This document shows positions 61,017-64,000 of a DNA stretch of 64,000 bases, one piece after another. The notes under the pieces are model-generated. The model ran no database searches and was not told the origin of the DNA. It saw only the letters and a program-made list of their open reading frames with translations. A program made the translations under genes and the position numbers. The stretch spans positions 192,001 through 256,000 of the forward strand of contig CAWAMW010000007.1 of the NCBI GenBank assembly GCA_963783305.1, read 5' to 3'. The stretch comes from an uncultured Gemmatimonadales bacterium (lineage in GTDB: Bacteria > Gemmatimonadota > Gemmatimonadetes > Longimicrobiales > RSA9). Within the stretch, counting starts at the first letter, position 1. Each line of letters starts with the position of its first letter.

Positions 61017-61619
61017 ATGCCTGAAACCAAGACAGAACGCCTACTTCAGCTGGTAAGGGAGCGGGGCCTCGTGCGCGCTCGCGAGGTCGCAGCGGCGGGC
61101 TATCCGACCGCACTGCTATACCGGCTACGGGACCGCGGAGAACTCGAACAGGTGGGGCCCGGACTGTTCCGCGATCCAGACGCGGATCTCACGGAGCGGC
61201 ACTCCTATGCGGAGGTGGCGAAGCTGGTGCCTGCCGGCGTGATCTGTCTGCTCTCCGCTCTCTCCTTTCACGAAATCGGCACGCAGAACCCGTGGCAGGT
61301 CTGGATCGCCCTCGAGAAAGGGAGCCAGCGGCCCCGTTCCCCAGGACTTCCGCTCAAGACCGTCTGGTTCTCGGGTGACGCCATGGAGGAGGGGGTGGAG
61401 CGCCACGAGGTCGAGGGCGTCGACGTGCGAGTGTTCTCTGCGGCGAAGACGGTAGCGGATCTCTTCAAGTTCAGGAACAAGGTGGGCGTGGATGTGGCAA
61501 TCGAAGCGCTTCGGGAGGGCCTGGAGCGCCGAATCTTTAGCCGCGACCAGATTCTACATTTCGCTCGGATCTGCCGGGTCGAGCGGGTCATGAAGCCGTA
61601 TCTGCAGGCCCTCTCGTGA
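61017..61619 (+). CDS. abiEi: Type IV TA antitoxin / transcriptional regulator, AbiEi family
   Basis: N-terminal wHTH (L.RL.DRG.LEQVGPGLF), VICLLSALSFHEI.T, AKTVADLFKFRNKVG.DVAIEAL. Confidence 0.88.
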   Translation: MPETKTERLLQLVRERGLVRAREVAAAGYPTALLYRLRDRGELEQVGPGLFRDPDADLTERHSYAEVAKLVPAGVICLLSALSFHEIGTQNPWQVWIALEKGSQRPRSPGLPLKTVWFSGDAMEEGVERHEVEGVDVRVFSAAKTVADLFKFRNKVGVDVAIEALREGLERRIFSRDQILHFARICRVERVMKPYLQALS

Positions 61620-62539
61620 GCGCGGGTGCAGGTCAACCGAAGGACCTCGCCGCGTCCGTGCGACAGCGTCTTCTCAACATCGCGCGTCAGGCCGGTGAGG
61701 ACTACAACGCGCTGCTGGTACGGTTCACCACGGAACGTCTGCTCTTCCGGATTTCCCGCTCGGCGCACGCGGACGACTTCGTCCTGAAGGGTGCCTGGCT
61801 CTTCCACGCGTGGGACATCGAGCGGAGGGCCACGCGCGACGTCGATTTCCTGGGCTTCGGTGAGTCGTCGCCAGCCGCGGTCGAGGCTCGTTTCCGCGAC
61901 ATCCTCGGGACCGAGGTCGAGCCGGACGGGGTGACGTTTGATCTCGATACTCTCCGGGTCGCTCCGACTCGCGACGGTGCCGCTTATCCAGGGGACCGAA
62001 TCCGAGTGGAGGCGCGGCTGGGGGCCGCGCGTATCACCGTCCAGGTAGACGTGGGCTACGGCGACGCAATCGTCGGGGAACCGGAGGTGGTGGATCTTCC
62101 GTCTCTTCTGGACTTCTCCGGTCCGCGCTTGCGTGCCTACACCGTCGAAGCGGCTGTCGCCGAGAAAGTCGAAGCGATCGTTCGGTTCGGAACTGTGACC
62201 ACCCGGTTCAAGGACTTCTTCGATCTCGCGGTGATTGCGAGCGAGCGGCAGCTCGATGGTGTGCTTCTTCGCGATCAGATCCGCGAGACCTTCGCCCGCA
62301 GAGGCACCCAGGTTCCCGATGGGGTCCCGGCCGGACTGGGCGACGCATTCGCCGAGGGCCCGGACTCGAAGAGGCAGTGGTTGGCGTTCCTGGAGCGCTC
62401 GAAAGGTCGAGGTGGAGTATCGGAGCGCTTTCCGCATGTAGTCGCGACCGTTCGCGGTATGGTGCTCCCAGTGCTCCACGCGGCCGCCCGCGACCGCGGC
62501 TTTGCCGAACGCTGGGTGCCGTCGATCGGCTGGCGCTGA
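61616..62539 (+). CDS. abiEii: Type IV TA toxin, AbiEii/AbiGii-like nucleotidyltransferase
   Basis: ASVRQRL.N, ERLL.R, FVLKGA, RATRDVDF, VDVGYGD, AEKVEA, RFKDFFDL; GTGA overlap with abiEi. Confidence 0.9.
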   Translation: MSAGAGQPKDLAASVRQRLLNIARQAGEDYNALLVRFTTERLLFRISRSAHADDFVLKGAWLFHAWDIERRATRDVDFLGFGESSPAAVEARFRDILGTEVEPDGVTFDLDTLRVAPTRDGAAYPGDRIRVEARLGAARITVQVDVGYGDAIVGEPEVVDLPSLLDFSGPRLRAYTVEAAVAEKVEAIVRFGTVTTRFKDFFDLAVIASERQLDGVLLRDQIRETFARRGTQVPDGVPAGLGDAFAEGPDSKRQWLAFLERSKGRGGVSERFPHVVATVRGMVLPVLHAAARDRGFAERWVPSIGWR

Positions 62540-62718
62540 CCGGCGAGTACGAGTGGCCGATCGAGGGCTGGAGCCATCGTTCCCGCCGTGGGACTCACTC
62601 TGGAGCACCGTGGGGCGCGTTACATCGCACACCCCCATCGCACACCTTCTTCCGCAGACCACGCGTTCTGCCAGTAATGGCGGGGATATCTCCGTTTCCG
62701 ACTCCGGAGCACCTGCAT

Positions 62719-62816
62719 GTTCGACTCCCGCCGGCTCCACTTGAGGAAGTAGCGCAGGGGCAGGATACAGAAGCGGCGGAGTGAGACGACAAAATCTCAC
62801 TCCGCCGTTTCTTCGT
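62719..62816 (+). repeat. Direct repeat copy 2 (attR-like): displaced tmRNA 3' fragment plus terminator
   Basis: GTTCGACTCCCGCCGGCTCCACTTGAGGAAGTAG... followed by the same terminator stem. Confidence 0.93.
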
Positions 62817-62825
62817 GCGTGGCTA

Positions 62826-63023
62826 TCAGCCCTCCTTCACTCCGCCCTTGGCTGCCTCGACAAACGGCCCTTCCTGCCCCGCCCGCTTCAGGAACTCGCG
62901 TTCCTCCGGGTCGCGAGGCGGGCGCGTCATGCCGCGCGTATCCGTGCGCGCCTGCGAGCGGCGGATTCGTTCCAGGCGGACCTGCCACTTCTCGCTGAGA
63001 TCTGGCTTGTTCATTTCGCCCAT
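62826..63023 (-). CDS. Small hypothetical protein (~65 aa)
   Basis: GGAGG RBS 5 nt before ATG 63023; charged helical sequence. Confidence 0.45.
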   Translation of the reverse strand: MGEMNKPDLSEKWQVRLERIRRSQARTDTRGMTRPPRDPEEREFLKRAGQEGPFVEAAKGGVKEG

Positions 63024-63090
63024 CATGACCTCCAGGCGCATGCCTTCCTGACGATAAGTACGAGATCGTACCCGAAACAGGACGGGCGGT

Positions 63091-63360
63091 TCAGGCGCGA
63101 CGGTTCAGTTCATCTATGAGATCCCTGAGCACCTGATCGGTAACCCGCTCCTGCGAGGAGGCGAGCTGCCTGAGCGCCTCGAGGGCGTCCATGGAATCCT
63201 CTCGTTCCAGCTCAGGTCCGAGCCACGACATGTCGAGGTCGTCCCCGAAAGCCGCGAGCATATCGATGGCCTGCTCGCCGTACGCGGTGTGCTTCCAGTG
63301 ATTGAATCCTACCAGTCGGTCCCGAAGCACTACTTCCTTCTTGACCACTCTGAACTCCGC
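63091..63360 (-). pseudogene. Probable 5'-truncated gene fragment resembling the C-terminal half of small nucleotidyltransferases
   Basis: FRVVKKEVVLRDRLVGFNHWK...LDMSWL resembles the EDL..DRL...HW...DW.YL pattern (from memory); overlaps the 3' end of the upstream gene. Confidence 0.4.
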
Positions 63361-64000
63361 GACCAGGTCAGCTCGTGCGCGGCGATGGGCAGCGAACGAA
63401 TGCGACGGCCGGTGGCGGCGAAGATGGCACTGGTGAGCGCCGGGAGGACCGGCGGCAGCATCGGCTCACCCAGGCCGGTCGGGTCGTGGTCGGTGATGAC
63501 GAAGTCCACGTCGATCTCCGGGGGCGTCTGCGTCAGGCGGATGAGCGGGTAGTCGTGGAAGTTGCTCTGCTCGGCGCGGCCGTCGGCAATTGTGATGGCC
63601 ATGCCCAGGGCTGAGCCCAGCCCCTCGATCACACCGCCCTGCACGTTGTTGAGGGCGTTCAGCGGGTTGATGATCTGCCGGCCCACGTCGCCCACCGCCC
63701 AGACCCTGTCGATGTTGAGCTCGCCCTCGCGGGTGACACTGGCCTGGACCACCTCGGCGAAATAGCCGCGGTGGCTGTAATGGAACGCGGTGCCCATGCC
63801 GGTCCCGGCGGGCAGGTCGGTCCGGCCCCATCCCGAGCGGTCGCGGACGCGGCGCAGCACGCCGGCCGCGCGTGAGGCGTCGAGACCAGGCTCCTCGGCG
63901 GTGACCGCGAGGAGGTCGAGGCGGAACTGGAGCGGATCGCGACCCGCCGCGTGGGCCAGTTCGTCAATGAATGACTGGATGGCGAACGCGATGCCGTTGC
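63330..64000 (-). CDS. Xanthine-dehydrogenase-family molybdopterin-binding subunit (IorB-like), 5'-partial
   Basis: FIDELAHAAGRDP, DVG..INP, QSNFHDYP, GLGEP, ATGRRIRSLP; frame open to the window edge. Confidence 0.9.
   Translation of the reverse strand, partial: NGIAFAIQSFIDELAHAAGRDPLQFRLDLLAVTAEEPGLDASRAAGVLRRVRDRSGWGRTDLPAGTGMGTAFHYSHRGYFAEVVQASVTREGELNIDRVWAVGDVGRQIINPLNALNNVQGGVIEGLGSALGMAITIADGRAEQSNFHDYPLIRLTQTPPEIDVDFVITDHDPTGLGEPMLPPVLPALTSAIFAATGRRIRSLPIAAHELTWSRSSEWSRRK

Larger units (their letters stand above)
60793..62816. mobile_element. Integrase-less genomic islet integrated at ssrA, carrying AbiE
   Basis: Flanking direct repeats 1,926 bp apart starting at the tmRNA T-loop; only two genes inside. 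Confidence 0.85.

Noticed and set aside
62540..62718. Possible integrase remnant inside the islet
   Set aside because: No tyrosine- or serine-recombinase catalytic motifs recognised by eye in the ORFs crossing this spacer; a TBLASTN/HMM search would be needed to exclude it fully.
63327..63338. Minus-strand AGGAAGTAGTGC resembling part of the att repeat (AGGAAGTAG.GC)
   Set aside because: Only a 9-bp exact match, inside coding sequence, with no tmRNA or terminator part; likely chance.

Overview
High-GC bacterial chromosome segment; gene order and protein style suggest Gemmatimonadota (inference). About 60 kb is co-directional housekeeping DNA: rny(partial)-folD-xseAB-ispA-dxs-nadK-recN; tRNA-Gly/Cys; greA; an outer-membrane protein; fba-rpiA-rpe-tRNA-Leu; rnz-aroA-cmk-rpsA; acyl-CoA carboxylase and methylmalonyl-CoA mutase genes interrupted by a PilB-REC/Hpt/DUF6812-like module; argS-pfkB-purM; ribD-ribE-ribBA-ribH-nusB; hpf-hprK-mannose-family PTS-ptsH-ptsI-metK; recO-selB; ptsN-like; dusB-larB-GGDEF; and tmRNA (ssrA). 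The most notable element is a 1,926-bp integrase-less islet at the ssrA 3' end. It is bounded by ~97-bp direct repeats (tmRNA T-loop, acceptor strand and terminator) and carries only an AbiEi/AbiEii type IV toxin-antitoxin pair, with a palindromic operator and short repeats resembling integrase arm sites. A rearranged region follows it, with a possible truncated gene fragment abutting a molybdoenzyme gene. No CRISPR array or rRNA was seen. All calls come from reading motifs by eye; no database searches were run.
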